Source: a candidate division CPR2 bacterium GW2011_GWC2_39_35 (lineage in GTDB: Bacteria; Patescibacteriota; CPR2). From it: DNA of 64,000 nt. The stretch spans positions 62,586 through 126,585 of the forward strand of contig LBWX01000002.1 of the NCBI GenBank assembly GCA_000995065.1. The letters run 5' to 3'. Made by a program: the position numbers and the translations under genes. This document shows positions 44,633 through 54,087 of this stretch, one piece after another; position 1 is the stretch's first letter; every line of letters starts with the position of its first letter. The notes under the pieces are model-generated. The model saw only the letters and a list, made by a program, of their open reading frames with translations. It had not been told where the DNA came from and searched no databases.

Positions 44633-45802
44633 TCAGGGCTCTAGGCCATGCCACTCAAAGTGCATGGCGTCTGGGTTCCTCCAATCTCCTCCCCAGATAA
44701 ATCCCTTGCTTTTCATAACATCAACAAATCCCGCCGGATATGCGTCTTTATTATAATATCCGGTAACGCTTGGGTTAATGTCAATCGCAATCCCCCACGA
44801 ATGGCGGCTTAAACTGGAGGAAACTACACCTGGTTTAGGCTTGGCATGCCGATATTGATAACCACCACCAGAACTTATTGTATAATTGATTCCGCGGTTT
44901 TTCATTTCTTGCTGTGCTTGTAGCAAGCAAGCGGCTATCTTCTTATTGACAGTATAGTTACGCGTTAGGAAATTAACATTGATTAGGTTTTCAGTTTTCC
45001 ACACTGGAGAATCAGAGTTAGTACCAAATAGCTTTGCCATATCTCCTGCCGAGTAGAACTGTTTTTTTATTGAGCATTCGCCTGTAGTATCGGTATAATT
45101 ACCATTTGTAGATCCTTCATCAGAGTCGACCGAAAAACCATCACTTGATTCACTTTCTATATTATCAAGGCCGCCGCTTGATAGGCCAATCGCCATGGAT
45201 CCCAATAAAACAAAAAAAGCAAAACCGGCAATTATAGCCAACACGACTCCCACTATAGGAGCGGCTGCTGTCGCCTCTACTGCTACGGCGGCCTCTTCGC
45301 CAATTTCGGCTAGTTCTGCTGCAGTTTCAGCGCCTTCCGCGGCCGCAGATTCTGCCGCCGTTTCTTCTTCTGCGACTTCCGGTCCTCTTTCTTCCATATC
45401 GTTCCCAGGACCTTCTATACTATCATCGTCATCATCTTCCGATTCGTCTTCCTCGTAATCCCTATTCCCCATGCCAAAAAGAGGTTCTCGGCCAAGCTTT
45501 CTTCCCATGGCGTCGCTTATCCCGTCCGGATTAGCGGGATCGTTTTTCTCTGCTTCCTTCTTACTCTTCCAGTCGTTAAGGTCTACAACGTTGTCCGGAA
45601 TATCTTCCTCGCCATCGTCGTATTGAGGAGAATCATCGCCCCCGGGTATTACTGTTAACTCTGGTCTAGAAGACGGTGGCTGTCCATCAAGCTGCGGAGC
45701 AGCGCTTCCATCGGCATAAGCCAATAAAAGCCCATAAGGAGCGTTAGATATCCTTTTAAGGTTTTCTAAAACCTTATCTCTTGTGTGTTCCATCCGATTC
45801 AT
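44633..45802 (-). CDS. M15-family (VanY-like D-Ala-D-Ala carboxypeptidase) peptidase with a long acidic N-terminal region and one TM helix
   Basis: C-terminal SRHSWGIAIDINP...HFEW zinc-peptidase motifs. The N-terminus is acidic, low-complexity and GC-rich. Confidence 0.7.
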   Translation of the reverse strand: MNRMEHTRDKVLENLKRISNAPYGLLLAYADGSAAPQLDGQPPSSRPELTVIPGGDDSPQYDDGEEDIPDNVVDLNDWKSKKEAEKNDPANPDGISDAMGRKLGREPLFGMGNRDYEEDESEDDDDDSIEGPGNDMEERGPEVAEEETAAESAAAEGAETAAELAEIGEEAAVAVEATAAAPIVGVVLAIIAGFAFFVLLGSMAIGLSSGGLDNIESESSDGFSVDSDEGSTNGNYTDTTGECSIKKQFYSAGDMAKLFGTNSDSPVWKTENLINVNFLTRNYTVNKKIAACLLQAQQEMKNRGINYTISSGGGYQYRHAKPKPGVVSSSLSRHSWGIAIDINPSVTGYYNKDAYPAGFVDVMKSKGFIWGGDWRNPDAMHFEWHGLEP

Positions 45803-45814
45803 CTTTTACCCAAG

Positions 45815-46171
45815 TTATTTATATAAATCTTCTTCATCAACATCTACGTCCTTTGCCGCAAAGATGATGACATTCTCTTTTGAGGTATCAATACCCTTTT
45901 TCTTTAGATAAGCAAACGCAAGTTGCTTATATTCGGCAAAAGGATTTTTAGTAATAGTTATTGTTACCTTCCCATCCTTTAAATAGCCGATTTTAAAGCC
46001 GTCTTCTTTTAACACACCGCCTACCGAATTATTCACGTCTTGTCTTATTCCCTCTTTTGCTTGCTCAAGTTTTAACTTACGTTGCTTGTTTGAATAAGAC
46101 AAAGCAAACAAAAGGCCTAGGATGATGAGGGTCCCTACGGAGATAGCGATAATTAATTTTTTTCTATCCAT
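45815..46171 (-). CDS. small membrane-anchored protein
   Basis: An N-terminal TM helix (LIIAISVGTLIILGLLFAL). Confidence 0.4.
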   Translation of the reverse strand: MDRKKLIIAISVGTLIILGLLFALSYSNKQRKLKLEQAKEGIRQDVNNSVGGVLKEDGFKIGYLKDGKVTITITKNPFAEYKQLAFAYLKKKGIDTSKENVIIFAAKDVDVDEEDLYK

Positions 46172-46182
46172 AAAGCTTGTCC

Positions 46183-46866
46183 TTAAGTGCTAATTTGAAC
46201 CATCTTATAATGTCTTAGGGTTTGTTCGCAGTAATTAAAGCCGTTGGTGCCACAGGCTTTTCCGGTGCAAGCGCCACAGTAAGACATCCCAATTGCCTCT
46301 ATGCAATCATCGTCATTCCAGTCGGCCACATTGCCAGACGCATCAAAAGTGCAGGCTTTTTTTATGGCCGGATGCCAGGTAGTTTTGCCTTTTATTACAA
46401 GTCCAGCGGCGAGGAAAGCGTCGTAGTAACGGCATCTATCAGGTGCTGTAATCCCGAATTGAGACTCTAACGCCCTAGCCGGACTAGACCACGTGCTATT
46501 CGTAATTTGCATTGGCCCCACTGCACCGGCGAAACTTGTTTCGCAGTCATCATCGCGTGCATTAAGGGAAGGAATATCTTTACCAAAAGTATCCGTGTGA
46601 TGCTCAGTTAGATAGATTGCAGCAATTAAGGATGCCGGAACCTTTGTTTTGCTGCCAGCATCTTTAAAAAGGGTCGCAAAATTTGTCGGTACGACGGTGG
46701 AAAAATTTGTGTTATCAGTAAAGGTGCTAGGATCGATATTAAGCTCCGTAGCGTCCGCGTTGTGAAGTAAGCTTCCGCCGCCCTGACTAAACATTCCTAT
46801 AAACACGAGCGATATTACAAGGATAAACACGCATCCGAGAGCGCTTATCCCATACAGGTGCTTCAC
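46183..46866 (-). CDS. lytic-transglycosylase-like (SLT/VirB1-like) secreted protein
   Basis: A signal/TM N-terminus, the motif ETSFAGAVGPMQIT resembling the SLT E-S...GxMQ core, and a Cys-rich C-terminus. Confidence 0.5.
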   Translation of the reverse strand: MKHLYGISALGCVFILVISLVFIGMFSQGGGSLLHNADATELNIDPSTFTDNTNFSTVVPTNFATLFKDAGSKTKVPASLIAAIYLTEHHTDTFGKDIPSLNARDDDCETSFAGAVGPMQITNSTWSSPARALESQFGITAPDRCRYYDAFLAAGLVIKGKTTWHPAIKKACTFDASGNVADWNDDDCIEAIGMSYCGACTGKACGTNGFNYCEQTLRHYKMVQIST

Positions 46867-48642
46867 TTACTTTCCCTCCATCTCCAAAACTTGCTTTGGA
46901 TTTGTGGTTACAATTTGATCTTCCAAGTACGAGGCCATCATCTGGATTGCCACGTGGTTAAGGCCGGCAAAGAATAAACCTTCTCCAACCTCGGCGTTCA
47001 AAAGAAAATATTTTTCGGCTTCGGTGAGGTTAAAAGTCTTAACAACCATGTCTACGGCGGCCGGATGCTGTTTTAAAAGAAGCGATAAGGAAGAGTTGGT
47101 AACAATCGCTTTGCCATAAGGAGAACCCAAAAAGTCTTCCACGTCTTGGCTGATGGTAGTAAGCCCCAAATAATATTTTCTGGCTCTTTTGGCAATGCTG
47201 AACAAGAACTGGGCGGAATCCTCATGTTTTAATAAGTACCAGGCCTCGTCTACCACCAATATTCGGCGGGTCATCTCGGATTTTACTTTGTTCCAGATAT
47301 AATTAAGAACGATATACATGGCAATCGGCCTTAACTCGTCTTCCAAGTCCCTAATGCTAAACACGACAAACGGGTTGTCGAGATTTATATTAGTTTGTTC
47401 GTTAAATAGGCCGGCGAAAGACCCGGAAGTAAACTTTCGAAGCATAAGGGCTAGTTCATTACCGCCGGTAATGCTTAAAAGCACTCGTTGCAAATCTTCC
47501 ATGGTTGGTGGTTTAAGGTGATGGGTCGAGGGGTCGCTGGTGATGCCTTTTGAGGCATAAGTTTCGATAAGCGCCTTATCTAGGATGTCGTCCTGTTTGG
47601 CATCAAGTTTACCAAAAATAAGTTTCATTAATCCGTGAAGAGTAATGACATTCGATCGGAGAGCATCTCGGCTATCCTCCTTGTTTGCCAATTTCGGCAG
47701 GTCAAAAGGATTGATGCGCTTTGGTGAGTTTAAGGATAAGTTTAGATAACTCCCGCCGACGGCATCGCAAAGCTTTTTGTACTCATTTTCGGGGTCGATT
47801 ATTATAACTTCCGTGCCAAGCATCAGGCTTCTTAATATCTCTAATTTAACGGAATAAGATTTACCGGCGCCCGCTTTGGCCAGGACTACGGAATTGGCGT
47901 TTTCGAGATCAAACCGATCGAAAAGAACCAAGCCGTTATTGTGCCTATTAATTCCGTATAGAATGCCGGTATTAGAAGAAAGCTCGGAACTCACAAAAGG
48001 AAAACAGGTGGAGAGGGCGGATGTGTCCATGTTGTGCAGAATTTTAAGCTTGTCTTTACATAGCGGCAGACATGAATCAAATCCTTGCTCTTGTTGGAGG
48101 TTAGCTTGTTTTACGTAAACAAGCTGGGAGTTTAAAGCGCTTTCCAATTGCTTGGTGGCTTCATCCAGTTCTTCTTTTTCTTTGGCATAGATTGTAAAAT
48201 ATAGGGCAAAATGGAATAGCTTGGATTCGCCGCGGGACAATAAATCTCTTAGAGCTTCTATATCTTGATAAGCTGTTTCTAATTGCGGATCCCGAGGCAA
48301 ACCTTTTTGCGCCTCCATGGTAGCCCGAGACTCAATCTGTCCCACCTTATTTTTTAAGGTTTTCATGATCATCGCCGTATCGATGGGGTAGATAAAAAGC
48401 GAAGTATCCATTGTGATATCAAAGTTGATGATCGGGCTTAGCCACTCCGTGTATAAGTATCTGGGGTAAGTTAAAACAAAGAATGACCTTACGTGGTAAT
48501 TGCCAAGGCGAAGATAATTAAAATTAATCTCAAAAGCTTCGGGGGCAATAATATCCCGTAAGGTAGTTATCCCCTCGCGGTAAACCCTCTGAGCCTCCTC
48601 GATCTCGGCAAAATGATTGTCTTGTTGTTTTTTTCTAAACAT
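46867..48642 (-). CDS. VirB4/TrbE/CagE-family conjugal transfer ATPase
   Basis: Walker A (LAKAGAGKSYS) and Walker B (VVDEAWYLL) in a 591-aa protein. Confidence 0.85.
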   Translation of the reverse strand: MFRKKQQDNHFAEIEEAQRVYREGITTLRDIIAPEAFEINFNYLRLGNYHVRSFFVLTYPRYLYTEWLSPIINFDITMDTSLFIYPIDTAMIMKTLKNKVGQIESRATMEAQKGLPRDPQLETAYQDIEALRDLLSRGESKLFHFALYFTIYAKEKEELDEATKQLESALNSQLVYVKQANLQQEQGFDSCLPLCKDKLKILHNMDTSALSTCFPFVSSELSSNTGILYGINRHNNGLVLFDRFDLENANSVVLAKAGAGKSYSVKLEILRSLMLGTEVIIIDPENEYKKLCDAVGGSYLNLSLNSPKRINPFDLPKLANKEDSRDALRSNVITLHGLMKLIFGKLDAKQDDILDKALIETYASKGITSDPSTHHLKPPTMEDLQRVLLSITGGNELALMLRKFTSGSFAGLFNEQTNINLDNPFVVFSIRDLEDELRPIAMYIVLNYIWNKVKSEMTRRILVVDEAWYLLKHEDSAQFLFSIAKRARKYYLGLTTISQDVEDFLGSPYGKAIVTNSSLSLLLKQHPAAVDMVVKTFNLTEAEKYFLLNAEVGEGLFFAGLNHVAIQMMASYLEDQIVTTNPKQVLEMEGK

Positions 48643-48708
48643 CAGTCGCTTTCACTATGATTTTATATCTCTATTATAACTCGCTATCTCAAAACTCAAA
48701 ACGCAAAT

Positions 48709-49185
48709 GTCAAAACAGTATCTCTCTAAATCCAAATGTCAAAGCTCAAATTTCAAATGAATGTCAAATGCTTAAATATTAAAACTAGCTGTTCCTTATA
48801 ATGCTTGAAAATATTAAAATTAATTCTTGTGCTTCTTTCCATAAATTCCGAGATTGTTCTTTTAGATTAGGATTGGCTACCTGAATCATTCTTAACCAAT
48901 GTTTGGTCTCTTTAGCTTCTTTTTTGCAAATACTTATCTTGTGTTTAAACTCTTTTTTAGACTCTGCCCCATCGGCTTCACAGTAATTGGCCCCAATGCT
49001 AGTTGCTGATCTAACTACCTGAGAGATTAAAGGCAGTGATATTGGGTCTTTTGACATTAAACGAGCAAATCTAATTATATCTTCTCCGAATAAGGCTGTT
49101 CTTTCTTCTAGATCATATTTGGCATTAGTGCTTTGGATTTGATTTGACATTTGTAATTTGGATTTTGACATTAAATTTTTTTAGC
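48709..49185. mobile_element. small element carrying the four-helix-bundle gene between terminal inverted repeats rich in CAAATGTCAAA/TTTGACATTTG
   Basis: The left arm (48709-48775) is the inverted complement of the right arm (49124-49185). Gene-less derivatives lie at 49953-50091, 57558-57740 and 58505-58697. Confidence 0.6.
48785..49171 (-). CDS. four-helix-bundle protein (the TIGR02436-like family encoded in 23S rRNA intervening sequences)
   Basis: FGEDIIRFARLM...SIGANYCEADGAESKKEFKHKISICKKEAKETKHWLRM is the hallmark of this family. Confidence 0.75.
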   Translation of the reverse strand: MSKSKLQMSNQIQSTNAKYDLEERTALFGEDIIRFARLMSKDPISLPLISQVVRSATSIGANYCEADGAESKKEFKHKISICKKEAKETKHWLRMIQVANPNLKEQSRNLWKEAQELILIFSSIIRNS

Positions 49186-49908
49186 CTATATTTCCATCAA
49201 CTCCGTTCCTTCGGGCTTATCTTCGGCGGCCGTTATTATGTTATTCGTTATCTGATCCACAGCTACAAGTTTTTGATTTTGAGCAGTGTCGGGGTTGTAG
49301 CTCGCATAGAATAAATCAATTAATTCCTGTGTGTCTAAAGAGGCGCACCTAAGCTCCATGCCGCTTAGCTGGCCGACTACTACATCCACCCTTTGCATAA
49401 GCTGAATTCGGTTTTCCTCAAAGTTTCCCATATGTACCGGGCCGTTTCCGGCTGGCTTAATGGCGTCTTTTATTTTACTCGCAAATCCGCTAGTTGCCTG
49501 AACTACGTTGGGGTAAAAGGGCACGACTACAAAAAATTTCTTGTCCATAATGTTGGCTACCTCCAAAAGAGATTCGATAAAGGATATGTAGGCGTTTGTT
49601 TGGTCTCTGAGCTGCGGGTTTTTCTGTTTTTTGGCCACCTCGTTCATGTTTTTCATGTAATCTCTTAAGTCCAAGCGCCTTGACCTTATAAGCACTTGAA
49701 TATCAAAAGTGAGGTAATTTAAGAAATTTTGAAAATTAAAGATGATGGCGTCTTTTTCCTTTTCGGATTTTAAGGCAAAATTGACGGACGATACCATCAG
49801 AACGGCTCTTAGCGACCCGTCTTTTAAAACCACCACTCCGTCATGAATCTCCGCAATATCCAAATATTGCTGGGTGCTGGGTCTTTTTGTCTTGCTAGTA
49901 TTAGCCAT
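49186..49908 (-). CDS. hypothetical protein within the T4SS-like cluster
   Basis: A 240-aa protein with no TM segment, positioned between VirB4 and the VirB3-like gene. Confidence 0.4.
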   Translation of the reverse strand: MANTSKTKRPSTQQYLDIAEIHDGVVVLKDGSLRAVLMVSSVNFALKSEKEKDAIIFNFQNFLNYLTFDIQVLIRSRRLDLRDYMKNMNEVAKKQKNPQLRDQTNAYISFIESLLEVANIMDKKFFVVVPFYPNVVQATSGFASKIKDAIKPAGNGPVHMGNFEENRIQLMQRVDVVVGQLSGMELRCASLDTQELIDLFYASYNPDTAQNQKLVAVDQITNNIITAAEDKPEGTELMEI

Positions 49909-49952
49909 GGTTAAATTCTAACAGAACGGCTGATGAGATGCAAAGGGCTTTA

Positions 49953-50091
49953 AAATCCAAAACAGTATCTCTCTAAATCCAAATGTCAAAGCTCAAATTT
50001 CAAATGAATGTCAAATGCTTAAGTGCTTAATTTTTTTAACATTAGTGCTTTGGATTTGATTTGACATTTGTAATTTGGGTTTTGACATTAA
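49953..50091. repeat. gene-less MITE-like derivative of the four-helix-bundle element
   Basis: The first ~65 nt are identical to 48712-48775. The right arm retains the first ~17 codons of the 4HB gene (MSKPKLQMSNQIQSTNV) followed by a stop. Confidence 0.65.
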
Positions 50092-50128
50092 TATTGTTAA
50101 ATTGGTAATTGAAAATTAAAAGATACGA

Positions 50129-50857
50129 TTATTTTTTTGCTTCCTTATTCCCCGTATAGTTTTTCGCCATTTGGATGATGTCGTCATCTGCTAGCTGCAT
50201 CTGATCGGAGTAGTATTTAAAGTCTTTTTTAGGGTCGACGGTGGCGAGGTCGGAGACGGAAGGCTCGGTAGCCATCTTTGGCTTGTGGTGTTCGGCAATT
50301 TTCTCTAGGTATTCTAAAACCATGCCTTTTTTACCTCTTACTTTGTCCTCTAGGGGGTCAATTAGCGTAGTGTCTTCCTTGGTTTCGGTGCCGGGAGAAA
50401 TAACCCTTTTGGCATTGTTATCAATACCCTCTTTGCCCCAGCCTTGATTGTCCACAATCCTAGCTAAATTTTCCAATTGGCTTCTAGCCGGCGGCTCTTT
50501 CGCCACTATTTCTTTGCTTTTATCCTTATTTCCTATTTCCTGCTTCCTATTTCCTGCTTCTTGTACTTCCCTGCTCCAGATTCTTTGGCGGGGTTTTACA
50601 AAGAAGCTAATGGCTGATGCGAACATGACGTCCATGGGCCGGTCGTTTGGTTTAAAAAATCCCAGCATGCCGGCAATAAGCCAAACGGGGCTTATGATGA
50701 AGGCAAAGATAAAGAGGTTCTCGGGATTAATAATCTTGTAGAGGATGGCCGTTACGGCAAAAGCGGCAAATAAAAACATGAACTGCCGCAGGGTAAGCGG
50801 CCCTATTACTTTATCTTCTATATCGATGTTTTCGGGGACTCTATATTGTAGGGACAT
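50129..50857 (-). CDS. VirB3-like (PrgI/TcpD-like) membrane protein with a C-terminal hydrophilic extension
   Basis: An N-terminal two-TM hairpin after a short cytoplasmic segment, located next to VirB4. An (AGGAAAT)-type heptad repeat sits inside the gene at 50523-50557. Confidence 0.45.
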   Translation of the reverse strand: MSLQYRVPENIDIEDKVIGPLTLRQFMFLFAAFAVTAILYKIINPENLFIFAFIISPVWLIAGMLGFFKPNDRPMDVMFASAISFFVKPRQRIWSREVQEAGNRKQEIGNKDKSKEIVAKEPPARSQLENLARIVDNQGWGKEGIDNNAKRVISPGTETKEDTTLIDPLEDKVRGKKGMVLEYLEKIAEHHKPKMATEPSVSDLATVDPKKDFKYYSDQMQLADDDIIQMAKNYTGNKEAKK

Positions 50858-50913
50858 AGTTTATTAATTAATATCTTAAATATTTAAGATACACAGATTT
50901 GTTATCTCCTAAA

Positions 50914-52926
50914 TCATGAACCTGGAGGCGACCACTCACCTTTAGATCCTTCTTCGTTGGAAGTTAGAGTACTCGCACTGCTATTGGCATCCAACATCAA
51001 TTTTATTTGATCCTGCGAAGGAAAGTTTTCATGTCCTCTTATTGCTCTTTTGGGGCTTTGCTCTAAATCAGTATTAAGACCGGCTTTATAATATTTGCCC
51101 AGCACCCTAACAGCTGGAGCATTTTCACCATCTATGTGGTGTACGATTCTCCTGCCTTGTTCATCTAGTTTATACGCGCCCCATCCTTCGACCCATTTCT
51201 TAACTTTGGTATTTTTATCTACTATTTCTGTGCTATCCTCACGTTCATAGTGAATAGTGGGCGGTCGCCTTTCCATTTTGTTGGTTAAGGTTGCAAGACC
51301 AATTCTGCCCTTTTCGAGCTTCTTCATATCCTCGTCGGTAATCTTTTTATCTGCATACAACTTGGAAAGATAGCTAGGCCAACTTTTACGATTGAATGGT
51401 TGACCTTTAGCTTTTTGCTCATTAAAAGACTTGTATAGAAATTCATCGACAGATGTGCCATCTGATAGTTTTTCCTGAAGAACTAGTTCATCTACTTCAG
51501 AAACTGTCCATCCGGCTTGATCGCGACGCCAAACTGAATCGCGATCTACGTTTGCTTCACCACCTATTTCTTTGTACATCTCCTTTTTGCTCAATTCTCT
51601 TTTATCAGGCCTCCATTGGTTTAATCTATCTTCCCTACTATTTAGAGTACCGGCATTAGCAGCTGCCCAAACTTTCTGCTTCTCCTGGCTCGATACGTTG
51701 GCTTCATGCATGTCATCTATATATTGCTGTCTTAAACCTCTCCTCCAGAATCCAAGCTTATTTCTTAACCCAAAGGTTCCTTTGCCGTCACCTTTTCCAG
51801 TCCACGCCTTATTAAAGGCCATTTCACGGCCTTTGCCAAGAGCCTTATTCATTGGCTTGGTAAAGGATGACATGAGTTTGCCACCCAGGCTTTGGGGTGC
51901 GGTAGCGGCAGCTACAAGTAGAGCGATGGCTAGTACCGGCTTGACCCAGAAGGGACCATGTGTCTCCGAGTAAGAATACATGAGCCTCTCCCCGACGCTT
52001 AAGACAAATTCCACGACTGCCCCCATAAAAACCCAGCTTGTAAATGTGCTCCACCATTGGCTTTCTAGTTTTTTGGTAAAAGGGAGAAGTCCCATACCAA
52101 AAGCAATGGGTGAGGCCGCAATTAGAATCCAAAGTACCACGACTCTTATTGCCATAAGTATTGTTACATAAAGGCTGACAATAAAGCCGGCGATAAAGAG
52201 AATAAACACCAGCAATAAGTTTAAGACAGTACCCGTGAGATCATTAAGTCCTTCAGAAAGACTGAAGGCACCTTCGATATTGTGAGTTCCAATGTCTTTA
52301 TTGATATTGATGAGAGATTCGGTAACCACGTTAGCAAAATCAACCACGAAGTTAGCGATAACCCAGCTAAAATTAACCATAATAATGGTTATAAAGAATC
52401 TTGGGAGTAATATCTTGATATCATAATCCCGCATGTTTATTCTTAGCATATTGGCAAAGGCGATGATGATGAGGGCGGCACCGAATAAGGCGTTGGTAAA
52501 GTTTCTGACCATCATCCAGATGCCTTTAAGGGCGGTATCATTGGTGTTTGTAATAACAGAGGCATTTATAAAAGATTTGGTAAGAGAAATGCCATAGGAT
52601 GCAAAGTTAGAAAAAAACCTAGAAGCGACAGTAAATATATTAATAAAGGCGCATTCTGCCGCATCGCCCTTTACGTATGCCAGAAGATCGCAATCGCTAA
52701 CTTCTTTTTGTTTCGGTGGCAAGATGTCTTTGCCAAACATGCTACTGGTATTCTCCTGTTCTTCCCCGATGGAATTAAGAATATCTTCGCCGTATGGTTT
52801 CGGACTTTCTTGGTTAGTAGCTGTATTATCTTCAGTGGCGGTTGCGGTGCCTACTCTCGATAACAAAAGAGGGACGCTTATAAAAAGTGCTAATAAACTT
52901 ATAGTTAGTAGATTTTTCCCTCTCAT
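50914..52926 (-). CDS. VirB6/TrbL-like polytopic membrane protein
   Basis: A signal peptide, an extracellular N-terminal domain, a cluster of five or more TM helices and a long C-terminal tail. Confidence 0.5.
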   Translation of the reverse strand: MRGKNLLTISLLALFISVPLLLSRVGTATATEDNTATNQESPKPYGEDILNSIGEEQENTSSMFGKDILPPKQKEVSDCDLLAYVKGDAAECAFINIFTVASRFFSNFASYGISLTKSFINASVITNTNDTALKGIWMMVRNFTNALFGAALIIIAFANMLRINMRDYDIKILLPRFFITIIMVNFSWVIANFVVDFANVVTESLININKDIGTHNIEGAFSLSEGLNDLTGTVLNLLLVFILFIAGFIVSLYVTILMAIRVVVLWILIAASPIAFGMGLLPFTKKLESQWWSTFTSWVFMGAVVEFVLSVGERLMYSYSETHGPFWVKPVLAIALLVAAATAPQSLGGKLMSSFTKPMNKALGKGREMAFNKAWTGKGDGKGTFGLRNKLGFWRRGLRQQYIDDMHEANVSSQEKQKVWAAANAGTLNSREDRLNQWRPDKRELSKKEMYKEIGGEANVDRDSVWRRDQAGWTVSEVDELVLQEKLSDGTSVDEFLYKSFNEQKAKGQPFNRKSWPSYLSKLYADKKITDEDMKKLEKGRIGLATLTNKMERRPPTIHYEREDSTEIVDKNTKVKKWVEGWGAYKLDEQGRRIVHHIDGENAPAVRVLGKYYKAGLNTDLEQSPKRAIRGHENFPSQDQIKLMLDANSSASTLTSNEEGSKGEWSPPGS

Positions 52927-53055
52927 ATATTAAAGTATAATATAAATAAGTTAAAAATAAAGAAAAACTATTCATAAATAAAAGAAGCAGAGGCAGTAGT
53001 TGGCGCTTTGGTAAGCGGGTCTCATGACCATCAACTACAAATCCTCTGCTTTTTC

Positions 53056-53301
53056 TTACTCCTTCTCGATTTCTGCCTTCATAGAAGACAATTTCTTAAT
53101 GCCGAGATAAGTGGCGGCGGACACGACAAATATGATTATCGCGTCTATGAACAGGCTGGCGCCTGCCTCCGGGTGGGTGGGGAGCAAAGTAATCCCTTGA
53201 AAGATTCCAATGACCGCGAGTGTTATAAATATTGCTGCGAAGAATAACCATGCTCCTTTTGTTTTCTTCATGTCCTCTACACTCCTTTTTCCGATTTCCA
53301 A
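53056..53301 (-). CDS. small two-TM membrane protein
   Basis: An 81-aa protein with two hydrophobic helices. Confidence 0.35.
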   Translation of the reverse strand: MEIGKRSVEDMKKTKGAWLFFAAIFITLAVIGIFQGITLLPTHPEAGASLFIDAIIIFVVSAATYLGIKKLSSMKAEIEKE

Positions 53302-53462
53302 TGAATAATGAGATATTTAAAGGCTTTAGCCTTACTGTTTTCCTTTTTATGTCAACGAGCATCTCTCGTGGGATTAGTATGACAACAATAGCATATTATA
53401 TCTAATATGTCAAGGGTTTTGTGCTGACCCACGTGCGCTTTTTCTAAAAACGTTTTTGAGGC

Positions 53463-53531
53463 GTCATTGCGAATGAAATGAAGCAATCTCATTCGTCTCA
53501 TGGCAGGATCGCCACGCTTCGCTCGCAATGA
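53463..53531. repeat. GTCATTGCGA...CTCGCAATGAC structured inverted-repeat element (copy B)
   Basis: GTCATTGCGAATGAAATGAAGCAATCTCATTCG...CGCTCGCAATGAC. Confidence 0.6.
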
Positions 53532-53653
53532 CCATTACGGGTTTATCTAAAAAGTGAGTGCTTCAGAGATTTATTCCGATATCATAAATACTTAAACCAA
53601 ATAAAAAAACCTCCAGATTCACTGAAGGTTTTTTGTGATTTTATTCTCAGCTA

Positions 53654-54052
53654 TTACTGTGGATTAACAGGTACCGGTGTATCTATAAATTGTTCCGGCT
53701 GTCCACCGACAAGATTAATGACAATCTTAACAATCACATATGCAAGAAGAATAATGATTAGGCCGATTACTGAATATAAAATAGTATTTTTGGCTGATTC
53801 CACGGAGTCGGCATTACCGGCTGAAATAACATATCTTAAACCGCCGATGATAAGAAAGATGACGGCAATAATGGCAGAAACGCTTAGGAGCAGCGTTACT
53901 ACGTAATTCAAGATATCATAGATTGTATTCCACTCTTTTTTGGAAGCGAATCCAACTCCTTCCGGAATGTTTTGTGGGTCTGCGAAGGCAATACTTGGCA
54001 AAAACATTAATGCTCCTGCAATAAATCGATAATAATACTTTTTCATTTTCAC
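53654..54052 (-). CDS. VirB2/TrbC-like T4SS pilin
   Basis: A signal peptide followed by two hydrophobic helices joined by GGLRYVISAGNADSVESAKNT. Confidence 0.6.
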   Translation of the reverse strand: MKMKKYYYRFIAGALMFLPSIAFADPQNIPEGVGFASKKEWNTIYDILNYVVTLLLSVSAIIAVIFLIIGGLRYVISAGNADSVESAKNTILYSVIGLIIILLAYVIVKIVINLVGGQPEQFIDTPVPVNPQ

Positions 54053-54087
54053 CTCCTTTGGAATGGTTTTGGATTTGTTATTTTATT

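Noticed and set aside
45195-45458. 87-aa + strand ORF rich in Ala, Ser and Thr
   Set aside because: It is antisense to the acidic low-complexity region of the M15 peptidase and is a compositional artefact.
51453-52171. Several 60-130-aa + strand ORFs inside 50914..52926
   Set aside because: They are antisense to the large VirB6-like membrane protein gene and show no motifs.
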